DNA from: Candidatus Multivoradales bacterium
Lineage (GTDB): Bacteria; Acidobacteriota; Thermoanaerobaculia; Multivoradales; J023
DNA: 64,000 nucleotides
Direction: 5' to 3'
Assembly (NCBI GenBank): GCA_965248925.1
Contig: CBDFLE010000006.1
Coordinates: 2,784,001 to 2,848,000 of the forward strand
Shown here in pieces: positions 40,593-49,370 of the stretch. The position numbers and the translations under genes are program-made. The notes beneath the pieces are model-generated. The model made no database searches. It was not told the origin of the DNA and worked only from the letters and a program-made list of their open reading frames with translations. Positions within the stretch are counted from its first letter, which is position 1. Each line of letters opens with the position of its first letter.

Positions 40593-40874
40593 GTGAGTGG
40601 AGCGAGTACACCGAGCATTGAGTATCCGCCCGAGGTTCTTTGGGCTCTTCAGCAGGCCCCCGAAAAGTTTGCCGCCGAGGCTCGCCTGCTCCTTGCCCTC
40701 AAGCTCTATGAGATGGGCAAGCTGACCACCGGCATGGCGGCTCGGCTTGCTGGGATCCCACGCCTTCGCTTCATCTTCTTGGTGGGCGAACATGGCCTCT
40801 CCCCCTTCGGCGAGGCGCCCGAAGATCTCGAACAAGATCTCGCCGATGCCCGAAGGGCCTGTCGTTGCGAATAA
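40593..40874 (+). CDS. UPF0175 family antitoxin
   Basis: RLLLALKLYEMGKLTTGMAARLAGIPRLRF...EDLEQDL; GGAGG RBS. Confidence 0.85.
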   Translation: MSGASTPSIEYPPEVLWALQQAPEKFAAEARLLLALKLYEMGKLTTGMAARLAGIPRLRFIFLVGEHGLSPFGEAPEDLEQDLADARRACRCE

Positions 40875-40948
40875 CACGCCCCTCGCGGCTCTCTGGGCGA
40901 TCGACCGTCTGGATCTACTGGAGTCTTTGTTCAGCGAGATCCTGATCC
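40846..40948 (+). pseudogene. Truncated DUF3368/PIN-like toxin
   Basis: VVANNTPLAALWAIDRLDLLESLFSEILI resembles the DUF3368 N-terminus; similarity stops at repeat copy 40949. Confidence 0.75.
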
Positions 40949-41110
40949 GAGATAGGTGCCAGCCGATTCTCGGGAGCTTGGTTGAGGTTGTCGGCGGCAA
41001 AAGCCCTAAACGCAGCAGGGGCAGCCCGGCCTGGCCGGCAACTGCCCCGTCTTTCTTCTGCAAAGAAGGAGTGCGGCCCTCGCTAGAGCCGCACCGGGTC
41101 TGAGCGGGTC

Positions 41111-41947
41111 CTACTGACGCTTACCGCACACTGGATTGATGCAGTGGTCGTGGGGGGCGGTGCCGAAGGAGCTGTGGCAGCTCGTCAGAGCGGCGTTGGC
41201 AGTCCAGCAGTCGACGTCTTCAGTGTCGCAGGAGCGGCCTGGGAAGAAATTGGTCGTACCCGGCAGGACCAAGTCGGGGCGGCCATCGCAGTTGGTGTCC
41301 ACCTTGAACGGACTACTCACTTCGAGATCGCCAGGCCCTGCATTGGTGCAGAAACCCATGCCGTCGATGGCCAGGGTCACCGGGTGGGAAACCGGACCGC
41401 GAACTTCGCCAGTCGCAATATTGGTGAAGTTCAGGCATACATTGACCGACAGGTTGCCAGAGAACTTGCCGCAGTTCTCACACCCCAAATCGGCCTTGAT
41501 CTTGGTGGCATCTTGGCACTCACACAGACAGGCACTGACCCGCCAGCTGGTATCACCGGTTGCCGGGCAAAAGACGTTGATGACGTCGTTGCTGAACAGA
41601 TTGAGGGCGCGGATAACGATTGCAGAAGTTACATCGCCGGAGGCGAAGTCGATCGGATCGAGGCGTTCGACCACGGTATCCGCGTTGCCGAGGATGCCCG
41701 GAGGATCGGTCACCAAGGGCGCGCCCTGAAATGTCACCGAACCGGTGAAAGGGGGAGAGCCGGCGCAGAAGAAGCCGGCTGGAATGGGAACGGCGGAAAA
41801 ATCGGCCACGCTCGGCACGGTGCTCGAAGTCTGGAATGCGTCGATGCCGGGGACGATGTACGGGGGTTGGGCGATAGCCGGAGCGCAGAGCAAGGCCACC
41901 ACAGTCAGGCTAAAGCAAAGCCTAATCCAAGAATTTCTCATGAGCAT
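41111..41947 (-). CDS. Secreted cysteine-rich hypothetical protein
   Basis: AGGAGG RBS, signal peptide ending AIA|Q, 15 Cys in mature part. Confidence 0.8.
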   Translation of the reverse strand: MLMRNSWIRLCFSLTVVALLCAPAIAQPPYIVPGIDAFQTSSTVPSVADFSAVPIPAGFFCAGSPPFTGSVTFQGAPLVTDPPGILGNADTVVERLDPIDFASGDVTSAIVIRALNLFSNDVINVFCPATGDTSWRVSACLCECQDATKIKADLGCENCGKFSGNLSVNVCLNFTNIATGEVRGPVSHPVTLAIDGMGFCTNAGPGDLEVSSPFKVDTNCDGRPDLVLPGTTNFFPGRSCDTEDVDCWTANAALTSCHSSFGTAPHDHCINPVCGKRQ

Positions 41948-42330
41948 ATCCTCCTAAATTTGTCGAAAAACAAAAGCATCCGCGAAGCTAGGCCTCGGGT
42001 CAGACGGATGCCGGTTCAGCAATCTGACCAGCGCGCATTGTAGAGATCTTTAGTGAACACCCACTTCTTTGAACTTGCGGAATGCAGAGCGTTATCATCT
42101 CAACTAATTGCCTGGAACCGGGCTGCTGGGGCTCGCCGCAGAGAGCCTCTGATCCCCCCTAGGAGGTGGCTGCCGAGGCTTTGTTAGAGACTAGGCGCGG
42201 ATTAGGTGCCGCCGGAATAGGTGCCAGCTGACTCGCGGCTACCCTGGGAAGGGCAGCAGAAGCGGGGCGGTATAGTGTCGCCAGCTCGATTCCCAACCCG
42301 CTACCTGCAAGCGACCCGAGATCCTCGTTG

Positions 42331-43296
42331 ATGAACCAAGAGCCCCTCCCCCCGTCCTCGCCGGAGCTAACCCTCGTCACCCCGGCTTACGATGAAGAGC
42401 GCAATCTGCCGCTGCTCTACGAGCGCCTGTGCGTGGCGCTCGACGGCGTCGATTGGGAGTGGGTGGTGGTGGACGATCATTCCACCGATCGAACTTTCGC
42501 GGTGGTGCAATCACTGGCGGCGGCGGATCCGCGGGTGCGGGGAATTCGCCTGTCGCGCAATTGTGGTTCGCACAGCTCGGTTCAGTGTGGAATCGAGCAC
42601 GCCCGCGGGGCGGGTGTGGTGGTCATGGCCTCGGATCTACAGGATCCGCCGGAGTCGATTCCGCAGCTGCTGGTCGAATGGCGGGCGGGGGCGCAGGTGG
42701 TGTGGGCGGTGCGCGAGGAACGCCAGGGCGAATCGCTGGCCACCCGCGGTTCATCGCGGGTCTACCATTGGATGATGCGCCATGTGGTTGGGATGAAGGA
42801 GCTGCCGTCAACCGGCGCTGACTTCTTTCTGATCGACCGGCTAGTGGTCGATGCCTTAGCGAGATTCCAGGAGCGCAATGGCAGCATCTTCACCCTGATC
42901 ACCTGGCTTGGTTTCCGTCAGACCTCTATCTTCTACAGCAAGGCGGCGCGGGCTCACGGCAGCTCGAAGTGGACGCTCGAGAAGAAAGTCAAACTGGCGT
43001 TGGACTCGGTGTTGTCGTTCAGTTACCTGCCGATCCGGCTAATCTCCTACCTCGGCATCACGGTGGCCTTTTTCGGCTTGCTCTACGCCAGCGCGGTGAT
43101 TTACAACGCCCTGACCGGCGCCCCGGCCGATGGTTGGTCGTCGTTGATGGTGGTGGTGCTGGTACTCGGTGGCATGCAGATGACGATGATGGGAGTGCTC
43201 GGCGAGTATCTCTGGCGGGCGCTCGACGAGGCCCGCCGCCGCCCTCTCTACACTGTTGAAGCCACTACCCTTCTTCAGCGAGGGGGAGGTAGTTGA
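42331..43296 (+). CDS. GT2 polyprenol-phosphate glycosyltransferase (GtrB/ArnC-like)
   Basis: PAYDE, VDDHSTD, LSRNCG, DLQDPPE, two C-terminal TMs, GEYLWR...RPLY. Confidence 0.9.
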   Translation: MNQEPLPPSSPELTLVTPAYDEERNLPLLYERLCVALDGVDWEWVVVDDHSTDRTFAVVQSLAAADPRVRGIRLSRNCGSHSSVQCGIEHARGAGVVVMASDLQDPPESIPQLLVEWRAGAQVVWAVREERQGESLATRGSSRVYHWMMRHVVGMKELPSTGADFFLIDRLVVDALARFQERNGSIFTLITWLGFRQTSIFYSKAARAHGSSKWTLEKKVKLALDSVLSFSYLPIRLISYLGITVAFFGLLYASAVIYNALTGAPADGWSSLMVVVLVLGGMQMTMMGVLGEYLWRALDEARRRPLYTVEATTLLQRGGGS

Positions 43297-44221
43297 GTAG
43301 CAGACCGCCAGCGCAGGCCAGCGACAAGACCACGGTGACGGCCCGTGCCAGCATGACGGTCTCAGCACCACCACCGATTGCCAGCTGTTGGTAGAGCACC
43401 GCCGCTACCGAATCGGTCACTCCAAGGGCCATTGGCGTCGTCGGGATGCTGGATGCAAGTTGAATCGCTGGCGCTACCTGGAGCACTTGCCGTGGCGAAA
43501 CTCCTAAACCAAGGGCCGCGAATGCGCACCAGGAGGCGAAGAAGCTGAACAGATGGCCCACTAATGACAGCAGGAAGGCGAAGGTGAGGACACCGGGCTG
43601 CCGGCGATAGTCGGCAAGGGCCCGCGACAGGGAGTGCAACCAGCTGCCGGCCGGCGGGCGTCCAAGACGTTGGATCAACGCCAAGGCAATCACGGCGGCC
43701 AGCAGCGCCAGGGCGCTCCAGCTGAGAATCTGCCGGCCGAGCTGGCCGCCAAGACCAACCATGAGGCGGCTGGAGAGCACCGCCATCAGCAGCAGCAGGG
43801 CGCCGAGACCGAGCAGGCGGTCGATCACCAAGCTCGAAATCAGCCGCCCCTTGCGTTGCTTGGCTAGCGGCGCAAGGTAGTAGATCTTGGCGCCGTCCAG
43901 GCCCAGGCCAGAGGGCAGGAAGGTGTTGCTGAACATGCCGATCAAGCCGATCTGCAGAGCCGCTCCGGCGCTCAGCTCGAAGCCTTGGGCGCGCACTAAG
44001 CGCAACCAGCGCCAGACCTGGCAGACCACGGAGAGAATCAAGCCCGCCACCAAACCGGCCAACGGCCAGCCTGGGCGTAAGGCCAGCAAGGTGGCGAAAT
44101 CGAATCGGCTGCTGCTGACCAACCAGGCGATTAGGATCCCAGCCAAGACCAGCTTGAGTGCCGTGCCGAGCCAGCCCAAGCGTGTACCGGCCGGGGGACT
44201 TGGGGGCAGCGAAGCCCTCAC
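43265..44221 (-). CDS. LPG synthase TM / flippase-like membrane protein
   Basis: WRW, FSNTFLPSGLGLD, DRLLGL, IPTTPMALGV. Confidence 0.8.
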   Translation of the reverse strand: MRASLPPSPPAGTRLGWLGTALKLVLAGILIAWLVSSSRFDFATLLALRPGWPLAGLVAGLILSVVCQVWRWLRLVRAQGFELSAGAALQIGLIGMFSNTFLPSGLGLDGAKIYYLAPLAKQRKGRLISSLVIDRLLGLGALLLLMAVLSSRLMVGLGGQLGRQILSWSALALLAAVIALALIQRLGRPPAGSWLHSLSRALADYRRQPGVLTFAFLLSLVGHLFSFFASWCAFAALGLGVSPRQVLQVAPAIQLASSIPTTPMALGVTDSVAAVLYQQLAIGGGAETVMLARAVTVVLSLACAGGLLLNYLPLAEEG

Positions 44222-44258
44222 CCTGCCTCGATCATCGGCGATCGCCTGGGGGCGCCGA

Positions 44259-44741
44259 TCATTGATAGCGAGCCTCTCGAGCGTCGCCGGCCACCCGCGC
44301 CGGCACGCCGAGAACTACCGCATGCGCGGCGACGTCTTGGGTGACCACCGCGCCGGCCCCCACCAGCGCTCCTCGGCCGATCGCGATGCCTCCCAACAAG
44401 GTCGCGTTGGCGCCCAAGGAGGCGCCGAAACCCACTCGGGTGAGCAAAGCCCGCCAATCGTCGTCGGTCTGTAGGCGGCCGGCGAGGGTCGCTCGCGGGT
44501 GCAGGCCGTTGACGAACATCACCCCATGACCAACGAATACTTCGTCCTCGATCGTCACGCCCTCACAAATGAAGGCGTGGCTGCTGAGCTTGCAGCGACA
44601 GCCGATCTCGGCCCCCTTCTGGACCTCGACAAAGGGTCCGATCTGGGTGCCGGCGCCGATCCGGCAACCATAAAGGTTGACCAGCTGCGGGTGAGGAATG
44701 TGGACCCCTTCGCCGAGTTCAACGTCCTCAGCGATCGGCAT
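44259..44741 (-). CDS. Hexapeptide-repeat N-acyltransferase (WbpD-like), copy 1
   Basis: VNLYGCRIG, GPFVEVQ, EDEVFVGHGVMF, GVPAR. Confidence 0.88.
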   Translation of the reverse strand: MPIAEDVELGEGVHIPHPQLVNLYGCRIGAGTQIGPFVEVQKGAEIGCRCKLSSHAFICEGVTIEDEVFVGHGVMFVNGLHPRATLAGRLQTDDDWRALLTRVGFGASLGANATLLGGIAIGRGALVGAGAVVTQDVAAHAVVLGVPARVAGDAREARYQ

Positions 44742-45813
44742 CCTCAGCCTCCGTGGCTGGAGTTTCGCTGTGGTTGAGGTCTCGTTCATGAAGGGTGGCC
44801 AGGCCCTCGTCCACGGCAGCTCGTTCGACGGTCTTGCAGTCGAGCCCGCGCCTGCGGCCGCGGGCGAGTACTTCGCCGACTTTCAAGCCCCCGGCCTGCA
44901 ATCGAGCCACCGGCTCGGGCCCGAGGTCGGAAGGCAGCACTCCCATGTGGCCGGGAACGTTGTTGAGGGGCCAAGTAGGTAGGGGCGGATCGCTGGGTAG
45001 GTCGCCCCAGAAGCGCACCAGCGGGGTACCCGGAAAACGCTCGGCAAAGGCTGCCAGCTCGGCCCCACCGAGCACCGGCTGCTGCCGTGGCTGCATCGCC
45101 ACCAGGATCGCGTCGGGAGCCAGCGGCAGATCCTGTGGTAGCTCGGCCACGATCGTGAGTCTCGCTCCGGCATTTTCCAAGCTCCGTTTTAAGTAGGGCT
45201 CGAAGGGGGTGTTCGACAGCAGTAGCAGCTGGCTGCCGTAAACCGCGACACCGGCGTCGAACAATAATTTCTGCGCCATCGGGCCGAGGTAGGAGAACAC
45301 GTCCACCGCCGGGTGGCGCTCGTTGGTACCGGCGATGGCGATGTGGTGGCGATAACAGGCTTGCAGGTCGACATCTTCAGGCCGCAGTTCCCAGGCCTCG
45401 TACATCAAGGTCACCACAGCGGTGGGCTTCATCCAGCTCACCAGGCGGGCGCCGATCGGCCGCAAATGACCGCTGTTGGTGATGATGTCGGCGCTACCTA
45501 CCTGCGCCGGGTCGAGTTCGAAGATCACTTGCAGCTGCTCCTCGACGCCTCCCATAGCGAGCAGCTGATGGGTCGCGGCGTGCACTTCACGGGCGCTACC
45601 CCAGCGGCTGTCGGCGGTGTATGCCAGCACTCTCTCGGCGCCGGCCAAGGCGGCGATCAAGGGGGTGATGGCGTAGGCGCCGCTGGCTGCTTCGGTGAGC
45701 ACCACTAGGCCGCGCAAGTCGAGCTTGCAGCGTTCGACGGCGGCTCGCGACAGACTCAGGAGTCGCTGGGGGTGAAGGCCCGGAAGGCTAGCGTTGGGCT
45801 TGGCCCTAGGCAC
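44728..45813 (-). CDS. Hypothetical soluble enzyme in sugar pathway
   Basis: Overlaps both neighbours; VLTEAASG, ITNSGHLRPI, LMYEAWELR motifs; no family recognised. Confidence 0.65.
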   Translation of the reverse strand: MPRAKPNASLPGLHPQRLLSLSRAAVERCKLDLRGLVVLTEAASGAYAITPLIAALAGAERVLAYTADSRWGSAREVHAATHQLLAMGGVEEQLQVIFELDPAQVGSADIITNSGHLRPIGARLVSWMKPTAVVTLMYEAWELRPEDVDLQACYRHHIAIAGTNERHPAVDVFSYLGPMAQKLLFDAGVAVYGSQLLLLSNTPFEPYLKRSLENAGARLTIVAELPQDLPLAPDAILVAMQPRQQPVLGGAELAAFAERFPGTPLVRFWGDLPSDPPLPTWPLNNVPGHMGVLPSDLGPEPVARLQAGGLKVGEVLARGRRRGLDCKTVERAAVDEGLATLHERDLNHSETPATEAEDADR

Positions 45814-46834
45814 TGATTTCCACCGGCTGGCCGTTGTTGGCCAGTGATTTGTTGGCGGCTTCGAGGATCTTCACCACCCGCAGGCCGGCCTGACCGTCGC
45901 TGACCGCCGCGGTGTGGTGTTCGATGCGGTCGGCGAAGTGCTCGGCCTCTACCCCCAGGGCCTCGGCACGTTCCAGCTGCGGCGCCCACATGTCGCCGGT
46001 GCGGTAGCCCACCAGGCGTTCGTAGATTTGCTGCGGGTCGTCGACCCCATCGTCGCCCAAGGTCACTCCACTGTCGTAGAGCTTGACCTTCTCGCTGGGT
46101 TCCAGATCGTCGTAGATGATCATCCGACGGTCGCCGCCGATCAAGGTCTGGCGGATCTTCACCGGTGCCAGCCAATTGACATGGATGTGGGCGATCAGCC
46201 GGCTGTCACCGAACAGGCAAGTCAGGTAGGCGAGGTTCTCCAACTGACCGGGTATGTGGGCCATGCCGGTGGCCGACACCATGCTGGGAGGCTGGCCCAG
46301 CACGTAGTCCATGATCGATAGGTCGTGGACCGCCAGATCCCAGAGCACGTTGACATCGTGCTGGAAGAGCCCCAGATTGACCCGCACCGAATCGTAGTAG
46401 TAGAGTTCGCCGAGCTCGCCGTCGCGCACCAGCTGGCCGATCTTGCGCACCGCGCCGGTGTAGAGAAAAGTGTGGTCAACGTGCAGCACCAGGCCTTTGC
46501 TGGCGGCTAGCTCGATCAACCGCTCGGCTTGCTCGGTGGTGGCGGTCAGCGGCTTCTCCAACCAGACGTGCTTACCTGCCTCCAGGGCGGCTCGGGCGAG
46601 CTGGTAGTGGCTGGCGGTGGGGGTGGCGATGGCCACTGCGTCGACCGCCGGATCGGCGATCAGGCGGTTGGCGTCGGCGTAGGAGGTGAGGCCAGGATAG
46701 CGCCGGCCAGCGGCTGTCAATCGCCGCTCGTCGCGATCGGCCACCGCCCGCAGGTCGAGGCGCGGCGATTGGTTGAAATTGCGCACCAGGTTGGGGCCCC
46801 AATAGCCGTAGCCGATCACTCCAATACCAATCAT
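45806..46834 (-). CDS. Gfo/Idh/MocA oxidoreductase (sugar 3-dehydrogenase-like)
   Basis: GYGYWGPN, HVWLEKP, WDLAVHD. Confidence 0.92.
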   Translation of the reverse strand: MIGIGVIGYGYWGPNLVRNFNQSPRLDLRAVADRDERRLTAAGRRYPGLTSYADANRLIADPAVDAVAIATPTASHYQLARAALEAGKHVWLEKPLTATTEQAERLIELAASKGLVLHVDHTFLYTGAVRKIGQLVRDGELGELYYYDSVRVNLGLFQHDVNVLWDLAVHDLSIMDYVLGQPPSMVSATGMAHIPGQLENLAYLTCLFGDSRLIAHIHVNWLAPVKIRQTLIGGDRRMIIYDDLEPSEKVKLYDSGVTLGDDGVDDPQQIYERLVGYRTGDMWAPQLERAEALGVEAEHFADRIEHHTAAVSDGQAGLRVVKILEAANKSLANNGQPVEISA

Positions 46835-47337
46835 CCTCTCTCCTCCTCATTGTTCATACGGTAGCGTTCTTGGCGGGCATCACCCACCACCCGCGCCGGC
46901 ACGCCGAGCACCACCGCATAGTCGGGCACGTCACGGGTCACCACCGCTCCCGCGCCCACTAAAGCGCCGCGGCCAATGGTGATGCCGCCTAACAGGGTAG
47001 CCTTGGAGCCGATCGAGGCCCCGTGGCAAACGCGGGTCGGCAAGAGCTGCCAATCGTCCTCGCCCAGCAGCTGGCCGGCGGCGGCGGCGCGCGGGTGTTT
47101 ATCGTTGACGAACATCACCCCGTGGCCGATGAAGACCTCGTCTTCCAGGGTCACACCTGCACAAAGGAACGAGTGGCTGCTGACTTTGCACAGCCGGCCA
47201 ATCTCGGCCCCTTGCTGGATCTCTACGAAGGGTCCAATCTGTGAGCCATCGCCGATCCGGCAGCCGTAGAGATTGACCAGCTCGGGGTGGTGGATCTTGA
47301 CCTCAGCACCCAGCTCTACGTTGTCGCCGATCGGCAT
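46831..47337 (-). CDS. Hexapeptide-repeat N-acyltransferase, copy 2
   Basis: Closely similar to 44259-44741. Confidence 0.88.
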   Translation of the reverse strand: MPIGDNVELGAEVKIHHPELVNLYGCRIGDGSQIGPFVEIQQGAEIGRLCKVSSHSFLCAGVTLEDEVFIGHGVMFVNDKHPRAAAAGQLLGEDDWQLLPTRVCHGASIGSKATLLGGITIGRGALVGAGAVVTRDVPDYAVVLGVPARVVGDARQERYRMNNEEERG

Positions 47338-47338
47338 T

Positions 47339-49087
47339 TCAGGGTTCCTCCGCAGCGATCGAGGATGCGGCCGGGGATTCCACCCACTGCAATCGCTCGA
47401 TCGACACTGGCTCGCCAGCTTCCTGGTAAGTCAGATGATAGTAGGCCCGGTCGGGGAAATGGGTGACCAACTGCGGTGCGTCGATCGACGGATAGACCAC
47501 CAGCACATCGTCGCGCAACCAAGGATCGGGATGAGGGAAACGTAATCTCCAAGAACGCACGTCTTCGTAGAGATCGGGTCGCTTTTCCCACAGCAAGTAA
47601 GGCGGTTCGGCGATTAGCAGCGCGGGCCGCACGGTCACTGCTTCAAGATCATTCAACGGCAACCGGGACAGGGCCGCCTGCGCTCGCAAGGTCAGTCCGT
47701 GGGTGGCGGTGAAGATCACCAAGCCCAAGCCATAGGCTACTAGCAAGCTGGCGCCCACGGTTCGTAGACGGCGATTCTTGGCCAACAGGTCGAAGAGGGC
47801 TAGCAGGCCCAGGGTGGCGATGAGGATCAAAGGCGCGGCGGCTTCTGAGTAGTGAATCGGGCCCACCAGGTGGATACCGGTGTCGTCATGGGCCAGAGCG
47901 ACCAGCAGGTTGAGTACCACTCCCCAGCCCAGGCTCACCGTTACCGCCGAGCACTTGGCCAGGCCGAGCCAAATCAATGCCCCGCCCAAGGGACCTAACA
48001 AGTAAACGCTCAACATGCCGACGTTGAAGCCCAAGTTCAAGCCCAATCGCTGAGCGATGTCCAATTGCTGCCCGGTCTGGCTGCTGGCGCCGCCGGCGAA
48101 TCTAGCCTGCAATAGCCAATGACCGGTGATCTGCTGGTTGTACCAAGCGAAGACTAAGGCCATGGCACCCCAGGCCAAGGCCGCCGCCAGCAAAGGCCGG
48201 CGACATTCCCGTCGCTGCCAAGCCATGGCGCCGAGGTGCAGGGCCGCCGGGGTCAGCAGGCAGGCCGCCTCGACCGGTCGGGTGAGAAAGGCGAGGCCGG
48301 CCAATAAACCGAGCAAACCCCCGGCCAGGGTCCGGCGGCGGCCCGCGTCGAGCGCCAGATAGAGGTAGCAAGGCAAGGCCATGGCGAGCAGCGAGCGCGA
48401 CAGCAGATGGCTGTGGTGGGTCATCGCCATCACTCCGACCATCGGTGACAGCAGCCAGAGGGCGGCACAACTCATAGCCCCGGCACGGCCGCCGAGGAGC
48501 GCCCCGGCCGCGGCTAGCGCGACCCCGGAGACGGCCACCAAGATGGCGTAGAGCACGTCGCCCGTGCCGCTCACCCGACTCAAGGCGTCGAAGAACAGAC
48601 CGCCGGGAAAGTCCATCGAACTAGTGTAGCCATCGCGCTCATAGACGAACAGCAGTTTCAGTGCTTCTCTGGGCTGCGGGGTGGGTACTCGCAGATGACC
48701 CTCGGCGATCATTCGACCGCCGAATGTGACCGCGCTTTCATCGTCGGTCAGCGGTTGATCGAGCAGCAAATAATGACGACCGCCCATCGCCACGGCGAAG
48801 AGCAGCAGGCCGTAGAACACAGCGGCAAGCTGCCACCGGTGTCGGCCAAGCCCGCTCAAGCCATGCCATAGGCGGCTCAGAAGCTGGCCCAGGTGCGGCG
48901 CCAAGCCATAAGCGATCAACAGCAGTCCGGGTACCGCCAGGACGTAGTGCGACATCCAGAACATCGCTTCGCGCCAGCTGACGAAGTGGAAGGCCAGGCC
49001 CAGCTGAGCCACGAAGCCGACCGTTTGGGCGAGGCTGAAGTGGGCTGCAAAGAGAACCAGCCCGGCAATGATGGGCTTGAGTCGCAA
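47339..49087 (-). CDS. GT-C-type membrane glycosyltransferase
   Basis: TDDE luminal motif, FLTRP, AWYNQQITG; many TMs. Confidence 0.6.
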   Translation of the reverse strand: MRLKPIIAGLVLFAAHFSLAQTVGFVAQLGLAFHFVSWREAMFWMSHYVLAVPGLLLIAYGLAPHLGQLLSRLWHGLSGLGRHRWQLAAVFYGLLLFAVAMGGRHYLLLDQPLTDDESAVTFGGRMIAEGHLRVPTPQPREALKLLFVYERDGYTSSMDFPGGLFFDALSRVSGTGDVLYAILVAVSGVALAAAGALLGGRAGAMSCAALWLLSPMVGVMAMTHHSHLLSRSLLAMALPCYLYLALDAGRRRTLAGGLLGLLAGLAFLTRPVEAACLLTPAALHLGAMAWQRRECRRPLLAAALAWGAMALVFAWYNQQITGHWLLQARFAGGASSQTGQQLDIAQRLGLNLGFNVGMLSVYLLGPLGGALIWLGLAKCSAVTVSLGWGVVLNLLVALAHDDTGIHLVGPIHYSEAAAPLILIATLGLLALFDLLAKNRRLRTVGASLLVAYGLGLVIFTATHGLTLRAQAALSRLPLNDLEAVTVRPALLIAEPPYLLWEKRPDLYEDVRSWRLRFPHPDPWLRDDVLVVYPSIDAPQLVTHFPDRAYYHLTYQEAGEPVSIERLQWVESPAASSIAAEEP

Positions 49088-49370
49088 GATTCTAGCTCCG
49101 GTTGGTTGGCTGAAGTCAGCATTCTAAGCCGGTCAGAGACCCCATGCGGCCAATCATCGGAACGGCGACAACAAAACGCTAAGAGGTTTTTCTGCGCCAC
49201 ATCTCGCCCTCTTGGGCAAGCACTGCTCGGACGACATCACCGCCGATCAGCTCGATGACATCCGCGAATTTGACTACCAATTCGGTTCCTTTATCGACCC
49301 AGGTATTGAGCTCGGGATCGATTCGGTCATCTTGCCGATCGACTGGTGATCTAGGTTGGAGGCAGGGCTC

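Larger units (their letters stand above)
39247..42239 (+). repeat. Dispersed direct repeats of ATAGGTGCCAGCCGATTC-like motif (5 copies)
   Basis: Copies at 39247-39268, 39365-39390, 40369-40394 (plus tandem TGCCGATTCGCAGC to 40408), 40949-40973, 42214-42239; degenerate inverted copy 42104-42120. Confidence 0.85.

Noticed and set aside
40190-40618. N-terminal extension of the toxin ORF (273 aa in track)
   Set aside because: RBS and family similarity start at 40189; extension reads through repeats
40747-41103. 118-aa intact gene
   Set aside because: Chimera of the toxin fragment and repeat-derived read-through
39247-42239. CRISPR array
   Set aside because: Spacing is about 0.1-1.3 kb and irregular, intervals contain genes, no cas genes
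37680-42300. Classical integron/attC array
   Set aside because: No integrase; GCCTAAC near 38614 is not followed by an attC hairpin and GTTRRRY
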